Assembly (NCBI GenBank): GCA_048941015.1
Contig: JBHLNZ010000033.1
Span: 1 to 32,581 of the forward strand
Source of the DNA: Promethearchaeota archaeon
Lineage (GTDB): Archaea > Asgardarchaeota > Lokiarchaeia > Sigyniarchaeales > SOKP01
DNA: 32,581 nucleotides
Direction: 5' to 3'
Part shown: positions 17,557 to 27,012 of the stretch, in pieces
How the letters are laid out: each line of letters starts with the position of its first letter
How positions within the stretch are numbered: position 1 is the first letter of the stretch
Notes under the pieces: model-generated
The model's database searches: none
The model's input: only the letters and a program-made list of their open reading frames with translations
Told to the model about the DNA's origin: nothing
Translations under genes and position numbers: made by a program

Positions 17557-18825
17557 TTAATTTTTTGGTTTAAATTTCATAACATCATCTAAGATTTGAA
17601 TAAAATCACTGTATCTTTTTATCCATAAAAATTCACTTATTACTCTATTATATCCATTTTCTCCCATTTTAATTCGTTTTTCTTCATTTTCATATAAAAA
17701 TTTTATTTTTGCTATAAGATCCTCTATATTATCTGGTTTAACTAGTAATCCCGTTTTTTTATTTACTACAGCATCTCTGATGCCTCCAGAAAATGAGCCT
17801 ATAACAGGAGCTTTATAATAATTAGCTTCTAAGAAGACTAAACCAAAACCCTCAATTGAATCGTTTGTTGTTACTGAAGCCATTACAAAAATATCTGACA
17901 ATTTATATAATTCATTTCTGATATGATTTTCACATTCACCAAAAAATTGAACTATATCACTTAATCCTAATTTTTCTGATAAATATTTTAAATAATTAGT
18001 GGATATTCCATCTCCTACTAGAAAATATTTTATATCGATGTCTTGTTTTCCTTCTTTGATATTTTTGATCGCTTTCATAACTAAGTCAAACTTTTTTCTG
18101 GGAACATGCCATCCAACGCTTAAAATTACAAATGTATCTTTAGAAATTCCATACTTTTTTCTTAATTCCTCTTTTGATTGCTTTACGCTATAATCTTCTG
18201 GAAAAATAGCTAAAGGAAGAATATATAATTTTTCTTCATTAATCTTATGAATCTTAAGAAAGATAGTTTTAGTAGTTTTTCCCAAGACTATGACTCCATC
18301 AATATTTTTAAAATACAATGATTTAAAATGAAATGCTCTATCCAAAAAACTGTCTTTTATTAAAAAATCGTTGCCATACGTAAAAATTAAGCCCTTTTTC
18401 TTAATCATCTTGGTAATTAAAAACACTAATGGAAGTGTATTTGAAGGAAATCCTCCTACAACAATATCGATATTAAATCTTTTTAAAAGAGGTAATATAT
18501 TAGCAATATTATTAATTATGATAATTATATTTCTTGGATTACTTAATAAATGAAGCAATATCTTAAATTTATCGTCTATAGTTGCTTTTTTATCCCTAAA
18601 TAATTCTATAATTGACATAATAAGAGTTGAAAGAAATTTTTTGCTCAGTTTTAAATTCTTTAAACTCACAGTTAAATTATCGTATATTAGATTATTCTTA
18701 CAATAAGGATTAAATACGAACAATTTATGATTCTTGCTTCTAAACGATTTACATAATGAATTCATATGATTACTAATTCCACCCTTTAATGGAAAAAAAG
18801 CATCTGTTATTAAAGCAATCCTCAT
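17557..18825 (-). CDS. Glycosyltransferase family 4 (PimB-like)
   Basis: Motifs FFPLKGGI, YGND, VGWHVPRKKFD, EGFGLVFLEA and GGIRDAV....TGLLV. Confidence 0.92.
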   Translation of the reverse strand: MRIALITDAFFPLKGGISNHMNSLCKSFRSKNHKLFVFNPYCKNNLIYDNLTVSLKNLKLSKKFLSTLIMSIIELFRDKKATIDDKFKILLHLLSNPRNIIIIINNIANILPLLKRFNIDIVVGGFPSNTLPLVFLITKMIKKKGLIFTYGNDFLIKDSFLDRAFHFKSLYFKNIDGVIVLGKTTKTIFLKIHKINEEKLYILPLAIFPEDYSVKQSKEELRKKYGISKDTFVILSVGWHVPRKKFDLVMKAIKNIKEGKQDIDIKYFLVGDGISTNYLKYLSEKLGLSDIVQFFGECENHIRNELYKLSDIFVMASVTTNDSIEGFGLVFLEANYYKAPVIGSFSGGIRDAVVNKKTGLLVKPDNIEDLIAKIKFLYENEEKRIKMGENGYNRVISEFLWIKRYSDFIQILDDVMKFKPKN

Positions 18826-18921
18826 ATTATTTATAAAATCCTAAAATAAATATATTTTAAGATTTTTAATATAGAATTAACGATTAATTATCTTCAAAGT
18901 AATTAAAATAAAGATACTATA

Positions 18922-19764
18922 ATGATTTGCAAATTTTGTAAAAGTGAAAAAGTATTCAAATTTAAATCTTTTAGCTCACCTTATTTTTCAAATAAAGATT
19001 TTACATTATATATCTGTGATAATTGTTCAAGTCAATTTTTTGATATAAATCAACATCAAATATCATTAAATAGATTATACGAAAAACTAGCTAAGAACAA
19101 GAATGATATTCCTTTAGATTTTTCAATTAAACAATATTGGGAAGATCAAAAAAAGATGATTTTTGGATTAATTGATAAGCAACCTATTTCAATAATAGAT
19201 ATTGGATGTAGAACTGGAGATTTTTTGATGCACTTTAAAAAAACTATTGAAAGAGAAGGTGTTGAGATATCTAATTATTATTCGGAAATAGCAAGTAAAA
19301 GAGGATTAAAAATTTATAATAGTAATTTTCAAAATACTCATTTTGAAAAAAAATATGATATAGTTTCAGCGTATAACATATTAGAACATATTGTTAATCC
19401 AATTGATTTTCTAAAAAGAGTAAGTTCAATTGTTAATAAAAATGGATTATTTGTTATACTTATTCCCATATTTAATTGTTTAAAAGTAAAATTTTTAACA
19501 AAACTAAATATCAAATGGCATATGTATATTCCCCCTGAGCATCTTAACTTTTTTTCAAAAAGATTTTTAGACTCATACTTAAATCATCTAGGTTTTAAAT
19601 TAGTTAAAAGATATTACTCATCTGGAGGTCTTATAAATCCTTTTAGAAGAATTCCAATAATAAATGGGGTATTTAGTAAGTTTATGTTCTATTATGACAA
19701 ATCTTTGTTAAATAAATTGCCAATTTTCGATCATTTGTTTAGTTATTATAAAAAGATTTTATAG
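18922..19764 (+). CDS. Class I SAM-dependent methyltransferase with an N-terminal Zn ribbon
   Basis: Motifs CKFC...CDNC, IDIGCRTG, GVEIS, NILEHIVNP and PPEHLNFF. Confidence 0.88.
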   Translation: MICKFCKSEKVFKFKSFSSPYFSNKDFTLYICDNCSSQFFDINQHQISLNRLYEKLAKNKNDIPLDFSIKQYWEDQKKMIFGLIDKQPISIIDIGCRTGDFLMHFKKTIEREGVEISNYYSEIASKRGLKIYNSNFQNTHFEKKYDIVSAYNILEHIVNPIDFLKRVSSIVNKNGLFVILIPIFNCLKVKFLTKLNIKWHMYIPPEHLNFFSKRFLDSYLNHLGFKLVKRYYSSGGLINPFRRIPIINGVFSKFMFYYDKSLLNKLPIFDHLFSYYKKIL

Positions 19765-19772
19765 ATCATTGT

Positions 19773-21413
19773 TTATAATATTTTTTTCAACATTTTTAAT
19801 ATTTTTTGAATAATCCTATGTTGTATTTTATCAGAAGTGAGTAGTGTTTCCAATGCTTCAATTTCTTTGGGTGAAAATATCTTAATAAGTCGATTTAAAA
19901 GAAGAAAAATTATTAAAAAAGAGATTAATGACATTATCTGCAAATTCTGAAAAAATAATAGATTTAGATTTAGAAGAATTTGAAGTCGTAGTGTTTTAAA
20001 TAGGAATTCTTCTAAAATCACAGCAATTACTAAAGATATGAAAAAATTAATATACTGGTAAAATATTTTATTAAGTTTTATTTTAACATCTCCAATTTTA
20101 ATACTTAAAAATAATTGAATTAAAAAGACTATGATATTGGATAATATCATACCAAAAATCGCCCCGATTATACCGTAAAATATAATTCCAATAAAGAATA
20201 AACTTATAATAATAATTAAGTTAATAATCGTTAAAATTGGAAGAATTTTAACTTTATTTTTTGCATTTAATAATGGAATTAAGATATTTCCTAAAACTGT
20301 GAAAATTACACTGATTAAATATAATTTAACGATACTAGAATAGATCAGATATGAATTTCCATATACGATTACAAGAAAAAAATCAGTTAAAATAAATAAT
20401 GAACCAGAAATTAATAACATTAAAAATAAGGAATATTTGAAAGTCATATTATAAATTTGATTAATTTGATCTTTTTCATTTTTAACATCCAAAGTAGAAA
20501 AGGATGTAATAAGTGGATTGGAAAAAGAAGATGCTGCAGTCAAAGAGATATGAGAATAATATTTAGATAGAGTAAATCCTGTTATAACGCTAAGAGGTTC
20601 AAATTCTTCTATTATAGGTGCTTGAAATTGTTTCCAGATTTCATTTAAAAATGAACTAACACTTAATGGAGTTCCATATTTTGATAATTTAGAAAGAGTT
20701 CTTTTGAAAGATACTTTTGTTTCATTAGAATATTTTATATTTATATAGAGTTTTAAGAAAAGCAGAAGACTATACAAAAATGGAATTATATATGAGATTA
20801 AATTTACTAAAGCAATAATTTCGAGATTTTTTATTCCAAATATCAAACAAATTATAAGAGCGAAGATATTAAAAGAAAACTTTAATATGGTTAGGAAAAA
20901 AATCAGTTTATATCTTGAAAAACCCTGATAAATGGAATCCAATAAAGAATTTAAACCAATTATTATAATAAGTGGTGATAATAAGAATAATATATGGGTA
21001 TAGTTTTGTAAACTTTCAGAAAAAAAAGAATGCAATATAGAAAAGATTAATACACTTATAGAAAATATTATCAACGAGAATAAGGATTTTATATAAAATG
21101 CTACCTTTATAATGCTTTTTAATTTATAATTTTTATTCAAGGTAATGTATCTTGGAATATAATAATTTACTGAAAAAGTTAAGGCTGGTGGAAAAAAGGT
21201 TAAAATTAATGAAATAATGTTAATATAGGTTAAAGCAAGGATTAAAATGCCCCATATCTCTTGCGAAATTAATCTAGCAATAAAAAAAGACACAATAATT
21301 TGGAAGATAAATATTCCATAATTGTTGAATAATGAATAGATTGCATTCTTAGCAAATTTTCGGTGTTCAATACGAATGTTTTTCCCACTCCAATTTTCTT
21401 CTGAACGCTTCAT
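19773..21413 (-). CDS. Oligosaccharide flippase (Wzx/MOP superfamily)
   Basis: About 14 hydrophobic segments; N-terminal FAKNAIYS...FIARLISQEIWGI; KYGTPL; located inside a glycan locus. Confidence 0.85.
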   Translation of the reverse strand: MKRSEENWSGKNIRIEHRKFAKNAIYSLFNNYGIFIFQIIVSFFIARLISQEIWGILILALTYINIISLILTFFPPALTFSVNYYIPRYITLNKNYKLKSIIKVAFYIKSLFSLIIFSISVLIFSILHSFFSESLQNYTHILFLLSPLIIIIGLNSLLDSIYQGFSRYKLIFFLTILKFSFNIFALIICLIFGIKNLEIIALVNLISYIIPFLYSLLLFLKLYINIKYSNETKVSFKRTLSKLSKYGTPLSVSSFLNEIWKQFQAPIIEEFEPLSVITGFTLSKYYSHISLTAASSFSNPLITSFSTLDVKNEKDQINQIYNMTFKYSLFLMLLISGSLFILTDFFLVIVYGNSYLIYSSIVKLYLISVIFTVLGNILIPLLNAKNKVKILPILTIINLIIIISLFFIGIIFYGIIGAIFGMILSNIIVFLIQLFLSIKIGDVKIKLNKIFYQYINFFISLVIAVILEEFLFKTLRLQILLNLNLLFFQNLQIMSLISFLIIFLLLNRLIKIFSPKEIEALETLLTSDKIQHRIIQKILKMLKKIL

Positions 21414-21720
21414 TCAATGACCAAGAATCCTATTTAATCAAAAATATTTTTTAAAATATAATAAACTAAATTCTTTATTAAGAAATCTATAAAAAAATAA
21501 AAGCTTTGGTAATCAAATTGTCAATATTTACACTATTGATATTTTTACTTTATTGGGATAAAAATTATAAGTTAAACATATGACTTAACTTTCAATCCGC
21601 TGTTCTTTAGTTTGGAAAATAAAAAATCGAGAAATTTTTTGACTTTACTTCATTTTAAATATTTAATTAATTATTTTGAAAACTTTTTTTTGAAAAAAAG
21701 ATAAGCTTTATTGATATTTC

Positions 21721-23055
21721 ATGCAAAAGATGATATTTTTAGCTCTAGACGGATTAAGTTGGAACTTAATTGAAGAACTTATCAATACTAACCAATTGAA
21801 GAATTTTAAAAAAATAATTGACTCGGGAATCTCAGCAATCCTTAAAGCTGAAGGATTCTTAAGCTCACCTAAGATTTTTTGTTCTATATTTACCGGGAAA
21901 AAGCCAGAAAAACATGGAATTTTAGATTTTTATTCTAAAGAAGAGCATTTAAAAACTGATCAAATTTGGGATATATTACACAAAAGGGGGTTTAGAATAG
22001 GTGTTTATAGACCCTTAAGTGTGTGGTCAGTTAAAGAATTCGATGGTTTCTGCATTCCTAATCCATTATTACTCGAAAAAACAACTTATCCTAAAAATCT
22101 GATGTTCATCAGTGAATTAGATAAAAGAGCTAGATCAGAGAAATATTCGATATCATTTTTGATAAAATTTTTTTGGAAACTAATTAAATTTGGTTTTCCC
22201 CCGATTAAAATGCTCAAGGTAGTAAAAAGAGTGTTCTTATTAACTTTCAGACGGGGATTAGAAGAGAGGATGTATCTTCTAAAAGAAATTGAATTAATCA
22301 TTCATACAAATTTATATTTAAAGTTATTACAGAAATACCCATTGGATTTTACTGTATTTTTTGATTATTCATTTGACACTCTTGGACACATATACATGAG
22401 AGATAGGGGAGAAATATCAAAATATTCTGATGTTTTACCTAATGCTTATAAATTAATTGATAATTTTTTAGGAAAGATAGAAAAGCTTGCACGAAAGAAC
22501 GATTTTCATATACTTGTCTGTTCTGATCATGGTTTTGAAAGGAAAAATAAGAAACTTGAAAGGAATTATCGAACTATTAATGTACTATATTTATTAAGAG
22601 AATTAGGATTTTACTATGATGTATATGGTATCTACATGACGGGGAGTGTAGTTTTTAGAATAAGACCTAACTCATCAAGAAGCATTGATGAATTTTATAA
22701 AGTACTTGATTCAATAAGATGTGATGGTAAGAAAATCTTTGATATTAAGGTGTATGAGAAAAAGTTGATTGTTTATTTAAACGATTTCTTTGGGGAGAAT
22801 AAGAATCTTAAAGTTGAACTTCCGAATAATAAAACCTTGAATATAGAATCGATAATTGATTTTAATCCAGGACATACTGGTTCTCATTCTGAGAAATATG
22901 GTGTTTTTATCATTGCTGGTTCTTCTATTGCGAAAGGGAAAAGAATTAGCGAAATTACCCCCTATGATGTTTCACCAACAATACTTTCAATATTGAACCA
23001 AGAAGTACCAAAAGATATGGATGGAAGGATTTTAACTGAAATTTTTGAAAAATGA
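21721..23055 (+). CDS. Alkaline phosphatase superfamily (nucleotide pyrophosphatase/phosphodiesterase-like) enzyme, cytoplasmic
   Basis: Metal-site motifs LALDG, S-P-x4-SIFTGKKPEKHGI, DTLGH, SDHG and TGSH; C-terminal DVSPTIL...MDGRIL. No signal peptide. Confidence 0.85.
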   Translation: MQKMIFLALDGLSWNLIEELINTNQLKNFKKIIDSGISAILKAEGFLSSPKIFCSIFTGKKPEKHGILDFYSKEEHLKTDQIWDILHKRGFRIGVYRPLSVWSVKEFDGFCIPNPLLLEKTTYPKNLMFISELDKRARSEKYSISFLIKFFWKLIKFGFPPIKMLKVVKRVFLLTFRRGLEERMYLLKEIELIIHTNLYLKLLQKYPLDFTVFFDYSFDTLGHIYMRDRGEISKYSDVLPNAYKLIDNFLGKIEKLARKNDFHILVCSDHGFERKNKKLERNYRTINVLYLLRELGFYYDVYGIYMTGSVVFRIRPNSSRSIDEFYKVLDSIRCDGKKIFDIKVYEKKLIVYLNDFFGENKNLKVELPNNKTLNIESIIDFNPGHTGSHSEKYGVFIIAGSSIAKGKRISEITPYDVSPTILSILNQEVPKDMDGRILTEIFEK

Positions 23056-23062
23056 ATGAGCT

Positions 23063-24361
23063 TTATATCGTTATTTTAAATATGGGTCTAGCTCTACCAT
23101 CTGAAATGTCATTAATTTGTTTAAAGTTATTTAAACATGAGTTTTTTATGATAAAATTAACAAACTGCTCGTTATTATAATTTTTATATGCATTTTTCAT
23201 AATCTTTTCTTTGGGATTATGAGGCTGAAAATACATTTCTTTAATTTTAAGATTATCAAGAAATTTAATTAATTTATAATATAAATCCTTCTCTCTAAGA
23301 AAATGATGAAATATATTTAATGCTAATACAACATCAAAATCGAATTTATCTTTATAATCAAATATCGATTTATTTATTATAATGAATTTCTTTTTCTCAA
23401 TATCTCTTAACTTTCTCATGAAATATACATTACTAGGTCTAAGTTCAACAGCATAACATTCAAATCCTAAATCTTCAAATTTATGACAGAAAAATCCTAG
23501 GTTAGCACCTATATCCAATAAGGTTCCATTCTTAAAAGTTAAGTTTTCTTCGATTATTTTGTATCTTTCATCAGTATATGATGATTCTAAAGTTAAATCA
23601 GGATGAATTAAAGGATGATATATTTCACCATGCAAATATTGAAATCTCAAAAATTCTTTGCTAAATTTTATCCATAATGGATGTCTTATAATTATTTCAA
23701 TAATTATTTTTTCTTGGTTAAGTATTTTCAATAATAAAAATGTCAATAAACCTTCAAAAATAATATATTCACCAGTTCTTCCTATTCCAACCTTGACTTT
23801 TTTTAATAATTCAAAAGTGTTTAAAGAATTTGAACTTTTATAGAACTCATCCAATTTATACAATGCATTTAAGAATTCATTCTCATCTTTAAAACCAACA
23901 AGAAGACGGCTATTAGAAAATTGTTTAACAATTTTAGAGTAAGATGTTGTTTTTCTCCAATCTATACCCTTTATAAAATGATCTAAAAGAAGTTGAAACT
24001 CGTCTGAATCTTCTATTTTATTAAGTTGATTTGGTAAATCCCAGTTATCTTTTAATTGATTTATTTTATTTACTTCCTTAATGTACTTAAAATATTTTAA
24101 TCTTTTACTTGCAATAGCATAAGTCTTTTTTTGATAATTACTAACATCAAATTTATCTGTATCAACTAATAATTCCATATACCAGACTTTATCATAAATC
24201 TGGTAGAGAATTTTTTTAAAAAATGGTATTATTTCAAAGATACGCCAGGCATAAAATCTAAATATTCTCTTCTTCAAACTTGGATTTCTTTCAAGAAATT
24301 TCCAAATTAAATTCGCAGTAATTTCTTTTAATTTATTAACCATTTTTTTCCGAAAACTCAT
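23063..24361 (-). CDS. Class I SAM-dependent methyltransferase with an N-terminal extra domain (degenerate ParB/Srx-like)
   Basis: C-terminal LLDIGANLGFF, AVE and FDVVLALNIFHHF. The N-terminal ~230 aa contain WD...HF..G.DW..T and VGIGRTGE...RHP.W. Confidence 0.8.
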   Translation of the reverse strand: MSFRKKMVNKLKEITANLIWKFLERNPSLKKRIFRFYAWRIFEIIPFFKKILYQIYDKVWYMELLVDTDKFDVSNYQKKTYAIASKRLKYFKYIKEVNKINQLKDNWDLPNQLNKIEDSDEFQLLLDHFIKGIDWRKTTSYSKIVKQFSNSRLLVGFKDENEFLNALYKLDEFYKSSNSLNTFELLKKVKVGIGRTGEYIIFEGLLTFLLLKILNQEKIIIEIIIRHPLWIKFSKEFLRFQYLHGEIYHPLIHPDLTLESSYTDERYKIIEENLTFKNGTLLDIGANLGFFCHKFEDLGFECYAVELRPSNVYFMRKLRDIEKKKFIIINKSIFDYKDKFDFDVVLALNIFHHFLREKDLYYKLIKFLDNLKIKEMYFQPHNPKEKIMKNAYKNYNNEQFVNFIIKNSCLNNFKQINDISDGRARPIFKITI

Positions 24362-24397
24362 GTATATATCGAAAATACAATATATGTTTTATCAAAT

Positions 24398-25570
24398 TTA
24401 ATTTAAATTTAGAACTTGTTTATAGAGATCAATGTGTAGATTGGCTGCTTTTTCCCAAGTATAGTATTTTTTAACTCTTTCTAATCCATTTTTCCCCATT
24501 TGTTGAATTAATTCTCTATCATTCAGTAATTCAATTATTAGATCACTTAATTGTTTGATATCTTTAAAATTACTTGTAAATCCTGTTTTACCATCAACAA
24601 TTATTTCGCTAGGACCCATTATATCAGATCCAATAACCGGTTTAGCACAAGCTCCTGCTTCTACTAAAACAAGACCAAAAATCTCTTGTCTTGAGGGATA
24701 TATTACTAAATCTGCTGCAGAATAGAATTTTGCTAAACCTTCTTTGGGAATGTATCCCGTAAAAATAACATTATTTCGTAAATTATACTTATAAATTAAT
24801 GATTTAATAACGGGGAGAAATCCAGCATCTCCACCTATAATTATTAATTTCACATTTTTTTCCTGATTAACTATTAAATTTAGAGCTTTGATTAATTTAT
24901 CGACTCCTTTACCTTTTGCTATTCGTCCCACATATAATAGTACATCATAACCTTCTAAATCATACATTTGATTTACTTCACTTGAGTCAACGGGTCTGAA
25001 AATCTCTGTGTTTACACCATGGGGTATAAAATGAATATGATCTTCCGTTACACCTAATTTTTTTATAATTGGTATTTCCATTTTGGTGACTGCTATATAG
25101 TGTGGATTCAATCTCTTTTTTAATAGTCCTATTGTTATATCAGAAATCATTTTTGGAATTTTATCACTATAATCCCAATTAATGCTAATTCCTCCATGAG
25201 GGGAGATTATAAGGGGTATATTTCTTATAAAAGAAAAAAAGGAGCCAACGTCCTCTTGAAAACTCCTTAATGCATGTGAATGAACTAGATCAATGTTTTT
25301 TTCTTTTTTTAACAAATATCGAAGAAAATTAAATGAAATTCTATATTCTCTAAATCGTAAAAATGAATTAAATCTAAAAATTTTGAAGTTTTCACTCCTT
25401 TCTTCAAAAAATACAGTTCTTTTTTTTCCAAACTTAGTAATTGCTGAAGTTGTAAAGATTTTACTTGAGATATTGTTTTTTTCTAAATAAGGAACGATTT
25501 CTGAAATAACATTATAAGGACCACCTAATTTGCCTGTGAAAAATGGAGTGAGCATTGCAACATTGATCAT
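24398..25570 (-). CDS. Glycosyltransferase family 4
   Basis: Motifs LGGP, ISPHG, IPHGVNTEIFRP, VGRIAKGKG and PSRQEIFGLVLVEAGAC.KPVIG. Confidence 0.93.
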   Translation of the reverse strand: MINVAMLTPFFTGKLGGPYNVISEIVPYLEKNNISSKIFTTSAITKFGKKRTVFFEERSENFKIFRFNSFLRFREYRISFNFLRYLLKKEKNIDLVHSHALRSFQEDVGSFFSFIRNIPLIISPHGGISINWDYSDKIPKMISDITIGLLKKRLNPHYIAVTKMEIPIIKKLGVTEDHIHFIPHGVNTEIFRPVDSSEVNQMYDLEGYDVLLYVGRIAKGKGVDKLIKALNLIVNQEKNVKLIIIGGDAGFLPVIKSLIYKYNLRNNVIFTGYIPKEGLAKFYSAADLVIYPSRQEIFGLVLVEAGACAKPVIGSDIMGPSEIIVDGKTGFTSNFKDIKQLSDLIIELLNDRELIQQMGKNGLERVKKYYTWEKAANLHIDLYKQVLNLN

Positions 25571-25595
25571 TACATTATTACTCTCAAATTTAAAA

Positions 25596-26810
25596 TTAGA
25601 ATTTTCTTTTCTTTTTAATTAATTCTATTATTAATTTTTTTAAATTATTCAGAATTTTTGGCCAAACATAATATTTTTCTATTAAATCAAATCCTTTCTT
25701 TCCAATCGCTTTTAACTTAGCTTTTTTTATACTTAATTGCTTTATTTTTTTAATTAATTCCAATTGGTTCTTTGCAAAAATAACTCCATTATCTTTACCT
25801 ATTTCAGAAATAACTGTTGGAAGGCTATTTGATAATACTGGCTTTTTCATTGCCATGTATTCCATCACTTTTACTGGAGTAATATCTTTTGTTATCTCGT
25901 TCAATTCAAAACTCATAAGACATAGATCTGCCAATTCAATATATTCAGTGACTTCAAAGAATGGTACCTTGCCTGTTAAAATTACCCAGTCCGCTTTTAA
26001 TCTCTCAATATAATCGATTAACTGATGATATATGTCACCATCTCCAACAATAATAAATTTCAATGCAAAATTGCCATTTTTTACTTCTGAATTATAATAA
26101 TCAATTATTTCCTTTAATCCAGCAAAATTATAAAGAAAACCCATGTATAAGATGATAAAATCATTATCCTTAATTGCATGCTTTAATTTTAATTTTTCTA
26201 ACTTTTCCCTATCTACAACTGTATTTTCTAAAGAGATGCCATTCAATAAGATATTAACTTTTTCATGAGGAACTCCTTCTCTTAAAACAAATTCTTGAAG
26301 TGATTTAGTTACAACAACCACATGATCAGAAGCTTTAAACAAAAATCTTGAGAATGCCCTTGCCAGACTTTGAGCATAATGAACTGGAACAAGCGTATGT
26401 AATAAATCAATATAATAAAAAATAAAGGGTATATTGAAAATTTTAGCGAGAATCAATCCTTCTAGTCCATTAGTTATTGAGAAAGCTATTATCAGATCAA
26501 CATGATTCTTTTTTATAAATTTTAAAATTTCGATGAAATTAGTTACCAAAGAAGTTATTCTTCTTAAATATGGGACCTGAAGATGTGCTGTTCGAATAAT
26601 TATAACGTTTGAATTTTTTACTGCTCGGTCTGCATGAGAATAAATTTGTCTTTTTATTAATAAGGACTTTGATTTAATAATTTTATCAATATCGTAATCT
26701 AGCACAGTAATTTTGATCTTAGGATTTTTAGAGAGTCTCTCAAAGATATGATGTTGCGTATGAGGCCCTCTAGTTAGCCAGTCGGTTTCTTGCAGCCCTA
26801 GGATATTCAT
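25596..26810 (-). CDS. Glycosyltransferase family 4
   Basis: Motifs LNGIS, YMGFLY.FAG, VGDG, GKVPF.EV..YI..AD and PVKVMEYMAMKKPVLS. Confidence 0.9.
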   Translation of the reverse strand: MNILGLQETDWLTRGPHTQHHIFERLSKNPKIKITVLDYDIDKIIKSKSLLIKRQIYSHADRAVKNSNVIIIRTAHLQVPYLRRITSLVTNFIEILKFIKKNHVDLIIAFSITNGLEGLILAKIFNIPFIFYYIDLLHTLVPVHYAQSLARAFSRFLFKASDHVVVVTKSLQEFVLREGVPHEKVNILLNGISLENTVVDREKLEKLKLKHAIKDNDFIILYMGFLYNFAGLKEIIDYYNSEVKNGNFALKFIIVGDGDIYHQLIDYIERLKADWVILTGKVPFFEVTEYIELADLCLMSFELNEITKDITPVKVMEYMAMKKPVLSNSLPTVISEIGKDNGVIFAKNQLELIKKIKQLSIKKAKLKAIGKKGFDLIEKYYVWPKILNNLKKLIIELIKKKRKF

Positions 26811-27012
26811 ATTATTTCTTGTTTCAAAAAAATTGATAATTTACTAATATAATGATTTCTAAGTATGAAAAAAAAATTATTTTATCATGCTGTTGTCTTT
26901 AAGTAAATGAAAAACATTAATTAATTTTTATTAATTGTATCATTAAATTGAATTAATTAGTATAAAAAATAAATTCTATATTTGGAAAAAATTTTTAGTG
27001 ATATGATGAAAT

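Noticed and set aside
21521-21591. Short inverted repeats TCAATA-N7-TATTGA and AAGTTAA-N9-TTAACTT in the divergent flippase/phosphodiesterase spacer
   Set aside because: Arms of 6-7 bp are expected by chance in such AT-rich DNA, and no regulator gene or second copy supports them.
7105-25490. Short ORFs nested in or antisense to long genes (7105, 9477, 10721, 12087, 12824, 14622, 15410, 16069, 17999, 18371, 22086, 23658, 25293; also 28699)
   Set aside because: They lie fully inside well-supported CDSs, have no motifs, and show composition typical of shadow frames.
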